Positions 42,426-51,733 of a stretch of DNA of 60,491 nt are shown one piece after another. The stretch is from positions 1-60,491 of the IMG/VR virus record IMGVR_UViG_3300028835_000602. The stretch is one strand, 5' to 3'. This stretch comes from a virus (lineage: Duplodnaviria; Caudoviricetes). The notes beneath the pieces are model-generated. The model searched no databases and was not told the origin of the DNA. It worked only from the letters and a program-made list of their open reading frames with translations. Positions within the stretch are counted from its first letter, which is position 1; every line of letters starts with the position of its first letter. Position numbers and translations under genes: made by a program.

Positions 42426-43715
42426 ATGAACCAGATGAAAGGACCGGCGATAACCCCCCTGCTGAAATTCATCAGGCCCGGCATGATCGGTGCGGAGATC
42501 GGGGTGCAGCAGGCCCTGAGCTCGGTCGAGATCCTGAAGGCTGGAGTGAAGAAGCTGATCTGCATCGACCCCTGGAAAGCCTACCCCGGCTACGACGAGG
42601 TGGACGGGATCCCGGTGGCGCAGTTCGAAGCCTGGAGAAAGACGGCACTGGAGAACCTGCAGCACTTCGCCAGGAAGGGCCGGGTGGCGGTGATCGAGAA
42701 GACGTCCGAGCAGGCCGTCGAAGAGTACGACGTGTTCGAGGCCCTGCAACTCGAAGGCCGGAAGTTCGACTTTGTCTTCATCGACGGGAACCACTCCTTC
42801 GACTACACCTGGCGGGACATCCTGCTTTTCTGGCCGTACGTGAAGCCCGGGGGAATCATCTGCGGACACGACTACACGGTCTCTGGCCCCCATCACCAGG
42901 TCAAGGAAGCGGTGACGGCATGGCTCGACCGGAAGACGGAGCGGGGGATGAAGTTCGAGCAGCACGGCGACTGCTGGGTGATCCAGAAGCCGAAGAATTC
43001 GACGGACAACTTCTTCAAGCCGATCGACATGGTGATGTTCACCTGGGACCGGAGGGAGTACACGAAGATGACGCTGGACACCCTGCTGTCGACTAACTGC
43101 GGGTTGCCGTGGAACGGGGTCAACTTCGTTGTGATCGACCACGGATCAACCGATGGGACCCTGGAGCTGTTGCAGACCTTCATCGACGAGAACCCCGGAG
43201 TGATCAGCTACTTTGAAGCTGCGGGGGAGAATCGCGGAGTCGCCAACGGGTTCCAGCACTTCCGGGATTACTATACGAGCCCCGAGGTCTTTTCCCAGAC
43301 GATCGGGAAGATCGACAACGACAGCATCTTCACGGACGATTGGCTACGGCTCCTCCACCTTTGCCTGTACGATCACGAGGATTTGGGGATCGTCGGAGCC
43401 CAGGAAGGATACGACACTTGCTGGAGCGAGACACCCCCGGAGGGCTACTTCCCGGCGCAGCACGTGGGCGGCAGGTTCCTGGCGAAGAAGGCTATCTTCC
43501 ACTCGATGCCGACGCTCCAGGGGAAGGGAGTATGGGGATGGACGCAGTTCCAGTACAAGGTGACGGCGGCCGGCCGGTGGAAGATCGGCTGGTGCCATCC
43601 CAGGGCGGTGATCGAACACGTGGGGGACTGGGGAGAGCATCACGAGAAGGCGATCACGACACCGGAATACGAGGCCTACATGAAGAAGGTGCGGGGAGGG
43701 CAGTACAAAAAATGA
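42426..43715 (+). CDS. class I SAM methyltransferase fused to GT2 glycosyltransferase
   Basis: GAEIGV, FVFIDGNH, PGGIICGHDY; then VIDHGSTDGT, KIDND. Confidence 0.9.
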   Translation: MNQMKGPAITPLLKFIRPGMIGAEIGVQQALSSVEILKAGVKKLICIDPWKAYPGYDEVDGIPVAQFEAWRKTALENLQHFARKGRVAVIEKTSEQAVEEYDVFEALQLEGRKFDFVFIDGNHSFDYTWRDILLFWPYVKPGGIICGHDYTVSGPHHQVKEAVTAWLDRKTERGMKFEQHGDCWVIQKPKNSTDNFFKPIDMVMFTWDRREYTKMTLDTLLSTNCGLPWNGVNFVVIDHGSTDGTLELLQTFIDENPGVISYFEAAGENRGVANGFQHFRDYYTSPEVFSQTIGKIDNDSIFTDDWLRLLHLCLYDHEDLGIVGAQEGYDTCWSETPPEGYFPAQHVGGRFLAKKAIFHSMPTLQGKGVWGWTQFQYKVTAAGRWKIGWCHPRAVIEHVGDWGEHHEKAITTPEYEAYMKKVRGGQYKK

Positions 43716-43912
43716 ACTTACCCCTTCATAAGATACATGATTCGTATGGGAGTTATGGGCGGCTGCTTCTGCCATGGAAAGGCAGGGACAGATGGGGGAA
43801 GAGAAAATGGCTGGCCTGTTTCAAGTTCGGACGATGTGGAATATCTAAGTCTAAAATCAGAATCACTGGCCGGAGCGGTTTTCATAATTGCACGAAGACT
43901 GGAATATACTAA
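43712..43912 (+). CDS. small basic hypothetical protein
   Basis: ATGA overlap; fills the gap before 43923. Confidence 0.35.
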   Translation: MNLPLHKIHDSYGSYGRLLLPWKGRDRWGKRKWLACFKFGRCGISKSKIRITGRSGFHNCTKTGIY

Positions 43913-43922
43913 GGGGGAATCA

Positions 43923-44597
43923 ATGAAGGACTGGACACCAGGGGACAGGGGACCGACCGTCGCAATCCTGATCGCAACGTACCAGCGGGGCAAGATGCTC
44001 CGGGAAGTCCTGGCAAAGCTCGACTATCTGACCAGGTACAGGGGCTTTTTCGTGACGATCGTGTGGGACGGGGACCGGGAGGGGTTCGATGGTTTTAGCC
44101 AGGAGGACCGGGAGCGGTACGACTTCCCGATCAGAACGCACCTGATGGGGACGAACAGCGAGTACGTCCGGGCGATGAACACGGCATATAAACTGAGCCT
44201 GGACGCGGACCTGTTCGCCCACTGGTCGGATGACACGTTCCCGACCGAGGCATGGCTAACCGCGGCCGTCGAGCGGTTTCTGGAGAGCTTCCCGGACGGT
44301 AAGGGGATCGTATCCTTCAACCACTTCTGGGGGGAGCAACTAATCACGCACGGTATATTCGATCGGAAGTTCGTGGAACTCCTGGATTACCCTGGCAAGA
44401 ACTTCTTGTATCCCGAATATATTCACTTCGGGGCGGACAACGACCTAACGATGCTGGCGAAGCGCAACAAGGCGGTGGTTTATGCGGCTGACATCAAGGT
44501 AATCCACCCGACTCCGAAGGAGACATCGGAGTATGCGTGCGCTTTCCATCGGAAGCATGACGGGGAGGTCTGGAAACGCAGGGAGGCCGGGGGCTGA
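43923..44597 (+). CDS. GT2-family glycosyltransferase
   Basis: VAILIATYQR, HWSDD, HFGADNDL; RBS AAGGGG. Confidence 0.85.
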   Translation: MKDWTPGDRGPTVAILIATYQRGKMLREVLAKLDYLTRYRGFFVTIVWDGDREGFDGFSQEDRERYDFPIRTHLMGTNSEYVRAMNTAYKLSLDADLFAHWSDDTFPTEAWLTAAVERFLESFPDGKGIVSFNHFWGEQLITHGIFDRKFVELLDYPGKNFLYPEYIHFGADNDLTMLAKRNKAVVYAADIKVIHPTPKETSEYACAFHRKHDGEVWKRREAGG

Positions 44598-44624
44598 GAC
44601 CCCCCCCTGATTAAAGGAGACGGC

Positions 44625-45518
44625 ATGGAAGATCAGAAACAGCACACGGGAATGATCACCGGGAATATCCTGGAAAGGCGTCGCCCGATCAGAGATCCGG
44701 CCGGGGACCACGATGGCTACCACCGCCGGCAGGACCGGAAGCATTGGAGATACGAGCTGGTGGAACCGGTGACGATCGAGGACACCCGGCCGTTCGACAT
44801 CCTCCTGACCAGGAGCAAAGGCTTCATCTCCCCCATAATCATCTTCTTCGAGCTTGTTGATGGGAAGGTGGCCTCGTTCTCCCACTCAGGACAGATCCTA
44901 CCCGGCTACATCGTCTCGGAGGCGAACTACCCGTATTATGAGAGAACTCCGTTGCAAGACTACCTGACGGCACAGAAACAGGGTAAAACGAGGCTGACCA
45001 TCATCAGGATCAAACCGGAGATGTTTGGGAGCCTGGAGATGCAACGAGAGGCGGAGGCCCACTGCCTGTCTTATCATAACAAAATAGCCCTGGTCTCCGG
45101 GGTAGGGAGGCAGTCGCTTCACCATCCCGCACCGAACCGGGGAGACATCCGCAGGGTTATCGCATACCAGACGGGACACCCCTATGACGCGATCGGGGGG
45201 CTGTTCCCGATGGCCCTGATGAGCATCGTCCGGAACCTGTTACCGTTCATTAAGAAGGGAAGATGGGAGAATATCCCGGAGATCAACCAGCAGGTGATCT
45301 TCATCTGTTCGGGGATCATCAACTGGGGCTGGGCCTGGTTCATGAGGGAGAGCGGGATCTGCCTTTTCCCGGCCAGCATGTCGAAGCTGGTACCGTCGCC
45401 CCAGGACCTGTGGGCATCGGCTCATACCAGGTACGTGTCGGGGTTCAAGAAAATCTATCAAGAGCCGGTCCATCGCCGAGATACGATAGGCTTTGGCTTG
45501 CAACATTTCATTTCATAA
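44625..45518 (+). CDS. permuted papain-like (NlpC/P60, YiiX/YaeF-type) amidase
   Basis: DILLTR, FSHSG (His first), GHPYD, FICSG (Cys last). Confidence 0.7.
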   Translation: MEDQKQHTGMITGNILERRRPIRDPAGDHDGYHRRQDRKHWRYELVEPVTIEDTRPFDILLTRSKGFISPIIIFFELVDGKVASFSHSGQILPGYIVSEANYPYYERTPLQDYLTAQKQGKTRLTIIRIKPEMFGSLEMQREAEAHCLSYHNKIALVSGVGRQSLHHPAPNRGDIRRVIAYQTGHPYDAIGGLFPMALMSIVRNLLPFIKKGRWENIPEINQQVIFICSGIINWGWAWFMRESGICLFPASMSKLVPSPQDLWASAHTRYVSGFKKIYQEPVHRRDTIGFGLQHFIS

Positions 45519-45532
45519 AGGAGGAAAAGACA

Positions 45533-45811
45533 ATGGTAAAGAATGGAGCACACAAGAGTACCCGGGCACTGGCGACGAAGCTGGTGATCGGCGTCTTCGT
45601 CCTGAGCTTCCTTATTCTAACCTGCACCGTGGCCTACTGCGTCTGGTCGAAGGCCCACGGGGGGACCGCGGAGATGCCGGTCGAGATCTACATGGCGATG
45701 CTTACTTCGATGACCGGACTGGCGAGTACGATCATCGTCTTCTACTTCTTCAAGAACAGCGTGAGCGGAAACGGGGTCACGCCGCCGCCAATACCACCGC
45801 CAACTCCCTGA
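45533..45811 (+). CDS. two-TM holin-like protein
   Basis: RBS AAGGAGG; two hydrophobic helices; end of the late operon. Confidence 0.6.
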   Translation: MVKNGAHKSTRALATKLVIGVFVLSFLILTCTVAYCVWSKAHGGTAEMPVEIYMAMLTSMTGLASTIIVFYFFKNSVSGNGVTPPPIPPPTP

Positions 45812-45861
45812 CCCCGTGGGGAGACTTCGGCGAATCAGGGGGGGTCGGGAAACCGGCCCTC

Positions 45862-45967
45862 CCTTTTCCTTTACCCCTTCCTTTACCTTCTCCTGTTCCT
45901 GTTCCTGTTCCTGTTCCTTCTCCTTGTACCCCCGGGTGGAGGCACCCCAGGGGCTCCCCGTTAGCTT
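45862..45967 (-). repeat. origin-like element, copy B (inverted relative to copy A)
   Basis: Reverse complement shares identical 18-nt and 17-nt blocks, the 12-nt spacing and the hexamer tract with 15405-15497. Confidence 0.9.
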
Positions 45968-46191
45968 TTACTGGCTGTTGATCTGGAGTTTCCCGGAAAG
46001 ATTTAAAGCCCTAAAAAACCGGATTGGAGCCACCCCCCATTTTTCGGCCTTGATTTTTCAAAAAAAAATTTGCCCTGATTTCTGGAAAGACGTGGAAAGC
46101 CAGGAAGCCCCTTGCACATGATTATCAGCGACTTACGACAACCCGGCTCCCACTGCCAGAAAAAGGAGCCCATGGAGGGCAAAGATTTCTT

Positions 46192-46220
46192 TGGACAAAT
46201 ATCCGGGATTAGGGCATTAT
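46192..46220 (+). promoter_or_regulatory. putative early promoter
   Basis: TGGACA-17 nt-CATTAT at the start of the early gene block. Confidence 0.55.
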
Positions 46221-46293
46221 TGGGTTAGTTTTTAAGATCGGGGAAGACCGTGACCATGACCAAAAAGACCGGCGAAAAATCAGATAGTTATTC

Positions 46294-46381
46294 AGAAGCT
46301 CGGCATGACGACAACTCCGAGGCGGACGTCGCCCAGGCGATAGGACAAGCCGCGGAGGGACAATGCCGGGCTTCTTTTTTT
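46294..46381 (+). terminator. extended leader hairpin/terminator
   Basis: AGAAGCTCGGCAT/ATGCCGGGCTTCT stem enclosing two inner stems, followed by a T run. Confidence 0.6.
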
Positions 46382-46437
46382 CACTGGACTGGAAGGCCGG
46401 GGGTAGAAGAAATGAATGATGAATTGAGGTCAGAGAG

Positions 46438-46842
46438 ATGAAGAAAATGCCTGACCTTAAAGCGGCCTACGAAGGGCTCTACCATAAAGTCACTCAAGGA
46501 TTGAGAGAAGGGGAGGGGAGTATTCCAGAATGTTACGTGGTCAATAGATGGAGCCGGGCAATAGTTAGGGCGATGAGAAGAGAGAAGGGGGTCGCCTGGA
46601 TCGGCAATATCAATATCTACGAGGAAACACGGGGGAAACCAGTTATCCAGGAGTATAGAAAGGGAATGGTTTTTAACTTCGAGGTAGCTTTCGTTTTGCC
46701 AGTCTTCGATCAAATTCTTCAGGATATGATTCTCGCCAGGGATATGAGCAAGTACACAACGTCGTCTGCTGATTATAAGCGGATCATCGAAATCTTTAAA
46801 CGCATCGAGGAAGTCGGCGGCCTTTCTCTGATATGGAGTTGA
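46438..46842 (+). CDS. hypothetical protein
   Basis: RBS GAGGT. Confidence 0.7.
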   Translation: MKKMPDLKAAYEGLYHKVTQGLREGEGSIPECYVVNRWSRAIVRAMRREKGVAWIGNINIYEETRGKPVIQEYRKGMVFNFEVAFVLPVFDQILQDMILARDMSKYTTSSADYKRIIEIFKRIEEVGGLSLIWS

Positions 46843-46845
46843 ATA

Positions 46846-47508
46846 ATGAAAACCATCTGGACAGAAGTCGGCCGGGAATTCAGTGACACCCCGGAGAAGA
46901 GAGAGAAGATCAGGAGAGCGATCAGCAACCTGGAGTGGATTGACCTATCACCAGGAGAGAAGATTAAACTGCCGATGATGGTCGCTTACGGGCTCGACGC
47001 GGTGAGGAAGGGTTGCAATATGCCAGCCCTTTCAAAGATTGCATATAGCCACGAAATGGCACCCTTCGGACTTTATGCCATGCAGAGCAACTACAAAGAT
47101 GTTCACGTCCACGTCTTTATTATTGATACCGGGATCGAAGCAGTTCCGGTGTGCATCGACAAGTATTTCCGCCAGCGAAAACTTCTCCAGGCCGGCCATC
47201 TGATCAGCCAGGAAGAAGACCTCCACGACCGGACCGGGGCTCCGAAGTTCTACGAACCGGACCCGCTACAAGAAGCCTACTATACACCGATCGACATCTT
47301 CGACGATGCCGGTCAGAAGTGCCCCCTTGAGGTCCACTACTACATGGAAGAGAGCGATGACAGGGGAAGGTTTCCAGAGATAGACTTCATCCTGAACGCG
47401 GGGGGGCTGATCATTCCCTGGAAGGTCCTCAACCCCCTTCATCAGGAGGGAATAACCAATGCAGTCGACGATGAGGCAGCCCTGGGGCGCCAGTGGGCGA
47501 GGAAATAA
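46846..47508 (+). CDS. hypothetical protein
   Basis: RBS GGAG; 220 aa. Confidence 0.7.
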   Translation: MKTIWTEVGREFSDTPEKREKIRRAISNLEWIDLSPGEKIKLPMMVAYGLDAVRKGCNMPALSKIAYSHEMAPFGLYAMQSNYKDVHVHVFIIDTGIEAVPVCIDKYFRQRKLLQAGHLISQEEDLHDRTGAPKFYEPDPLQEAYYTPIDIFDDAGQKCPLEVHYYMEESDDRGRFPEIDFILNAGGLIIPWKVLNPLHQEGITNAVDDEAALGRQWARK

Positions 47509-47510
47509 CG

Positions 47511-47894
47511 ATGAATGTTAACTGGACCGAACCGATAAAGAGGAAGCTCGAGGAATACGGGTGGGACGTTCCCATGTTCGCCGAGAGGCTGGCAGTGACC
47601 CCGTACCGGGCAAACCAGATCATCGAGATGGACAACCCGCAGATCCCGATAATTATTAAGGTTGAGAAGGTCCTGCTGTGCGGGTTTGAGATTTTCGGGC
47701 TGGGGAAAGTTTACCGGTTCATATGCGAGAAGGGCATGGACTTGGAAGATCTGGCGAAGGGAATGGGGATGACGAAGGACGCGGTCCGGAAGATGCTGCG
47801 AAGGATCGACGAGAATCCCCTGAAGATGGAATATCAACAACTGCTCAGAGTGGCGATGCTCCTGGAGAAGGACGTCCGGGAGATCGGCGGCTGA
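47511..47894 (+). CDS. tandem XRE-like HTH regulator
   Basis: FAERLAVT and LAKGMGMTKDAV HTH patterns. Confidence 0.7.
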   Translation: MNVNWTEPIKRKLEEYGWDVPMFAERLAVTPYRANQIIEMDNPQIPIIIKVEKVLLCGFEIFGLGKVYRFICEKGMDLEDLAKGMGMTKDAVRKMLRRIDENPLKMEYQQLLRVAMLLEKDVREIGG

Positions 47895-47915
47895 GCGAAA
47901 AAGGAGGAAGCGGGC

Positions 47916-48218
47916 ATGAAGAAAGCGTTGGAGAACCTGAAGAAGCAGATCGGCTCCATGATCGACGAGGATGCCGGCAACATCAAGAAGGCATTTATGC
48001 AGGCCGACGGAGACAAGCTCAATATCAGCCTCGGTGCTGCGATCATAGCGGAAGCCCCCGGGAAACACACGGTCAAGAGCTCCATGTCCTTTACGATGGA
48101 GCAGGTGAGGAACTCCCGGGAGGACATCGTCGACGAGAACCAGTCAGACCTTCCCGGGACGGAGGTCGACAGAAAGAAGAAGACCTCGAAGGAAAAACAA
48201 CCGGTGAAGGGGAAATAG
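47916..48218 (+). CDS. hypothetical protein
   Basis: RBS AAGGAGG. Confidence 0.7.
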   Translation: MKKALENLKKQIGSMIDEDAGNIKKAFMQADGDKLNISLGAAIIAEAPGKHTVKSSMSFTMEQVRNSREDIVDENQSDLPGTEVDRKKKTSKEKQPVKGK

Positions 48219-48225
48219 CAGGACA

Positions 48226-48298
48226 GGGGCGGTACGCTTAGTGGTAGAGCGAGGGGACAGGATCCTCACACGCGCTGGTTCGAATCCAGTCCGCCCCA
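48226..48298 (+). tRNA. tRNA-like RNA with non-canonical anticodon loop (identity unassignable)
   Basis: Acceptor GGGGCGG/CCGCCCC-A, D arm with AGTGGTA, T arm GCTGG-TTCGAAT-CCAGT; anticodon arm GGGGA-CAGGA-TCCTC lacks U33. Confidence 0.75.
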
Positions 48299-48307
48299 TA
48301 AAGGAGA

Positions 48308-48481
48308 ATGATGATGTTCTATAATGCCAGAAAAACCAGGAAACTTATCAGGGGGATCTGCCCGAGCTGCGACCGGAAGCGGCTGGTTTTCCAGGATGAC
48401 GGGCTTTGCCCGGGCTGCTCGGGGAGGAAGATTAAAAAAGATGACTCGATACGACGACAACCGAAAAGCCGGCCGGAGTGA
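48308..48481 (+). CDS. small zinc-finger protein
   Basis: RBS AAGGAG; GICPSC...GLCPGC (manual translation). Confidence 0.6.
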   Translation: MMMFYNARKTRKLIRGICPSCDRKRLVFQDDGLCPGCSGRKIKKDDSIRRQPKSRPE

Positions 48482-48818
48482 AACGATCCCCTTTATCGAG
48501 GGAGAGAGAGCGTGTGACCGGCATCAGCGAAAGAAGGATACGAACTTGGGGAAGCTCCCAGAGATCTTCGAATGGTGCAAAGAACAGGGCCTCTTATTAA
48601 AGGTGCTGAACGAGGGCTATCACTGGGTCTTCAAAAAGAAGGATTGGTTCGTTGCAGACTGGTGGCCATCCTCGGCAAAGCTGGTTATAGGCAGGCAATG
48701 GGATAAGGGAATTCACTGCCACGATCACAACCAGGTACAACGGAAGATATTGGAGGCGGTGAAAATTAAACAGACATCAGAGGTTATGACGCGAACTAAG
48801 GGGAGCCCGCCGGGTTAG
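48441..48818 (+). CDS. hypothetical protein
   Basis: RBS GGAGG; ADWWPSS motif. Confidence 0.65.
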   Translation: MTRYDDNRKAGRSETIPFIEGERACDRHQRKKDTNLGKLPEIFEWCKEQGLLLKVLNEGYHWVFKKKDWFVADWWPSSAKLVIGRQWDKGIHCHDHNQVQRKILEAVKIKQTSEVMTRTKGSPPG

Positions 48819-48915
48819 CTGCTCGTTAGTAACAACCCCGAGGACGGAGCGGGTTCCACGTCCTCTCGCGCTTTATAAAAAGAGAAACTGAAGGACCAAC
48901 CAAAGGAGGAGAACG

Positions 48916-49218
48916 ATGCCAGAACCAATGAAGACGAGCGATAAGCTAAAGGCCGTCCTCTGCGATCCGGAGGGCAAGATCGTGATCAAGGGGAGTAACG
49001 GCGATAAGACTCTCCTGAAAGAGGCGATCACAGAGGTTGAGGCTCAGGAAAGATTCAATAGCGAGGGAGTGACACCCGAAAGGCTGAGGGAGATCATCGA
49101 GCAGATCGACCGCGACACCCTGTCGCCGGAGGAAAGGGAGGGCTTCTGCTTCCTTCTCCTCCGAAGAATACTTCAAAAAGGAAATCCAAGACAGCAACCA
49201 AAGGAGGTAGGACCATGA
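48916..49218 (+). CDS. hypothetical protein
   Basis: RBS CCAACCAAAGGAGG. Confidence 0.75.
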   Translation: MPEPMKTSDKLKAVLCDPEGKIVIKGSNGDKTLLKEAITEVEAQERFNSEGVTPERLREIIEQIDRDTLSPEEREGFCFLLLRRILQKGNPRQQPKEVGP

Positions 49219-50573
49219 TAATAGGATTCGCGGATCAGGTCCGGCTGCCACGCTGTGAAAAGATACGGCTTGGCGTGAAGTTGACCGGAAAGAAAAAGTG
49301 CTGGAGCTGCAAGGGCAGCGGAGAACACAGCGGGCGTCCCTGCAGGAGATGCTACGGGACGGGCAAGTCACAGTTCCCGAGAGAGACGGACTTCTTCGTG
49401 TTGCCATACGAGAGGGTGGCAGCGAAGGACGCCGATCCGGACCTGAAGGAGGCTTTCTTCGGGGAGTCGGTAAGGCTGACAACGGAGGGGGAGAGGATCG
49501 CGAAGGTCTTCGGGAAGACCCCCCGGGAGCTGACGGTGATGATCCCGCTCGAGGACAAGGAGTTGTTCTTCTCCCAGGCCCTCAAACGGTGGACGGCGAC
49601 CGGACTCAAATGCCGAAGCATCCACCAGCCCGGAAACCAGCGGGCCTTGAGCCTCGCGGATGACGGGAGCGGATTCGAGGAGATCGACTGCCCCTACCAG
49701 AAGTGCGACTACTACCAGAACGGGGAATGCGGGGAGAATATCAATCTGATGATATTGCTCCCCGACGTTGGAATACAGCACGGGGTCTACCAGATTGATA
49801 CTGGCTCTTACCATAGCACCCTCGATCTGGAAACGGACATTAGATATATCCGGGACGTTGTAGTACAGATTAAGGCCGGCCGGCCGTGGATCTCTATGAT
49901 ACCACTGACGCTGTGGAGGGAGCCGAAAGAGACCCATGCCCTGGGGAAGACACAGATACACTACTGCATGCGGCTGAGGATCGAGGACGATGTTCTGGAG
50001 AACCTGACGCCCAAATCCCTGCCGAAGGCCCCCAGGCAGTACCGCCTGCAGCGGGGGGACCCCCTGGACATTGAGGAAGACATTAACCCGGCCGTCGTCT
50101 CAGAGCTCGTTCTGGAGCTCAAAAGGAAGCGCGACGCTGGCAAAGCAGGGGAGGTCGCCCCCTCAGCAGCCCCAACCAGCCAGGCCGCCATAGACCAGAT
50201 ATGGGCGAAGATCGAAGAGACCTACAAGGAGGTTCCCGGAAGCGATCCGAGCCTTCCGGTCTGGATGAAGATGAAGGCCAGGTACGAAAACCATCCGGAG
50301 ATTCTGCTGGACTACCTGGGGGAAGTGCTGGCGTGGCACAAGAACGGCAACCCGACGGACCAGGTGCCGCATCAGCCTAAGACCCCGGAGGAAGAAAGCC
50401 GAAAGGTGGCGCCGGCATTCCCCCCGGAGGAGAAGGCCCCCGCCCCGTTTCCGGAAGACGATGAAGAACCACCGGCCGCCGGAGCAGCTGCCCGCAGGAG
50501 CCCGGAGGGAGGCGGAGGAGGAGAACCGGAAGAAACCAAAAAAGCCGAGGAAGACGAACCGTCACTACTTTAG
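49215..50573 (+). CDS. Gp3-like/recombination directionality factor-like protein with CxxCxGxG insert
   Basis: LPRCEKIRLG, PRETDFF, GVYQIDTGSYHS; adjacent to an exonuclease gene. Confidence 0.7.
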   Translation: MIIGFADQVRLPRCEKIRLGVKLTGKKKCWSCKGSGEHSGRPCRRCYGTGKSQFPRETDFFVLPYERVAAKDADPDLKEAFFGESVRLTTEGERIAKVFGKTPRELTVMIPLEDKELFFSQALKRWTATGLKCRSIHQPGNQRALSLADDGSGFEEIDCPYQKCDYYQNGECGENINLMILLPDVGIQHGVYQIDTGSYHSTLDLETDIRYIRDVVVQIKAGRPWISMIPLTLWREPKETHALGKTQIHYCMRLRIEDDVLENLTPKSLPKAPRQYRLQRGDPLDIEEDINPAVVSELVLELKRKRDAGKAGEVAPSAAPTSQAAIDQIWAKIEETYKEVPGSDPSLPVWMKMKARYENHPEILLDYLGEVLAWHKNGNPTDQVPHQPKTPEEESRKVAPAFPPEEKAPAPFPEDDEEPPAAGAAARRSPEGGGGGEPEETKKAEEDEPSLL

Positions 50574-50600
50574 AGAAGCGATCAAAAGGAGAAAGGAACG

Positions 50601-51728
50601 ATGAAGAAAGTTAAGTCATTTTCCCACACAAAGGTCCGGGTCTACGAGGCATGCCCCCTGCAGTTCAAGGGGATCTACATCGACGGCCTGGACGTCGAAT
50701 CCGTTAACCCTAATATTGTCTTCGGGAGCGTGGGGCATGTGGTTTTCAGCCGGTACCTGAAGCACCTGAAGGAGAAGGGGCTGAAGACAGACATCACCGC
50801 CATCCGGAGGATCGCCAGGGAGACTTTCTCGGACAAGGAGGTCCGGAAGGAAAACCCGCTGCCGGCGGCCAGGCTCGATGAACTGATCGAAATATCCGAG
50901 CGGTTCACGGAGGTGACGATGATCGACGAGAGCTTTTATGGCTCGGAGATATCGTTTGCCTTCAAGCGGGATCTGACGCCCTGCGAGTTCAATGATCCGG
51001 ACGTTTTCTTCCGGGGCCGGCTGGACCGGCTGGACATTGAGGGAGCGGTAGCGACGATCACGGACTACAAGACGTTGTGGCATGCGGATTATGATCCCCT
51101 GCAAGCGGAGAACTACGCCTGGGCGATCTTCCTGCTTTTCCCGGAGGTGGTAACGGTTATCCCGCAGTTCTTCTTCCCGCGACCGGACATCATGAAGCGG
51201 GCAAAGGAAGCCTTCGACCGGGAGGACCTGGAGGGACTACAAAAGCGGGTCCTGCTGCGAATAGAGTTGATCGAGTGCGACACCGACTTCTTGCCGACAC
51301 CGGGATCAGCCTGCTCCTACTGCGTACTGGATTGCCCGGCGGCCCTCTCGAACCTCCGATCGGTCAAGAGCCTGGAGGATGCGGAGAAAGCCGCCAATGA
51401 TCTCCTGCTCCTGGCGAAGAAGAAGAAGGACGCGGAGGAAGCGCTGAAGTCCTGGCTGAACGAGAACAACGATGGGAAGGTGACGGTCAACGACCAAGTG
51501 TTCGGCTTCCACACGACCGAGTCGATATCCTTCCCCGACGTGAGGGATTTTAACGCGACCTGCCAGGAGTTCAACCGGGACCCGAACGCCTTCCTGAACG
51601 TGAACAATACCAAGGCGAAGAAGCTCCTGAAGGACAAGGACGAGAAAGTCCGGGCGGCGTTCGCGAAGATCGCGGAGGAAAGCCGGAAGCAGACCTGGGG
51701 AAAGCGGAAGGCCAAGAAGGGGGAGTAA
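50601..51728 (+). CDS. PD-(D/E)XK exonuclease (RecB/Cas4-like)
   Basis: YEACP, GRLDRLD, ITDYKT, Q..NY, CSYC...CP. Confidence 0.88.
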   Translation: MKKVKSFSHTKVRVYEACPLQFKGIYIDGLDVESVNPNIVFGSVGHVVFSRYLKHLKEKGLKTDITAIRRIARETFSDKEVRKENPLPAARLDELIEISERFTEVTMIDESFYGSEISFAFKRDLTPCEFNDPDVFFRGRLDRLDIEGAVATITDYKTLWHADYDPLQAENYAWAIFLLFPEVVTVIPQFFFPRPDIMKRAKEAFDREDLEGLQKRVLLRIELIECDTDFLPTPGSACSYCVLDCPAALSNLRSVKSLEDAEKAANDLLLLAKKKKDAEEALKSWLNENNDGKVTVNDQVFGFHTTESISFPDVRDFNATCQEFNRDPNAFLNVNNTKAKKLLKDKDEKVRAAFAKIAEESRKQTWGKRKAKKGE

Positions 51729-51733
51729 CGACG

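Noticed and set aside
48226-48298. Assignment as a functional tRNA-Leu(CAG)
   Set aside because: It lacks U33 and the long variable arm of bacterial tRNA-Leu; kept only as tRNA-like
50601-51728. Cas4 as part of a CRISPR system
   Set aside because: No other cas genes or array; the context is phage recombination
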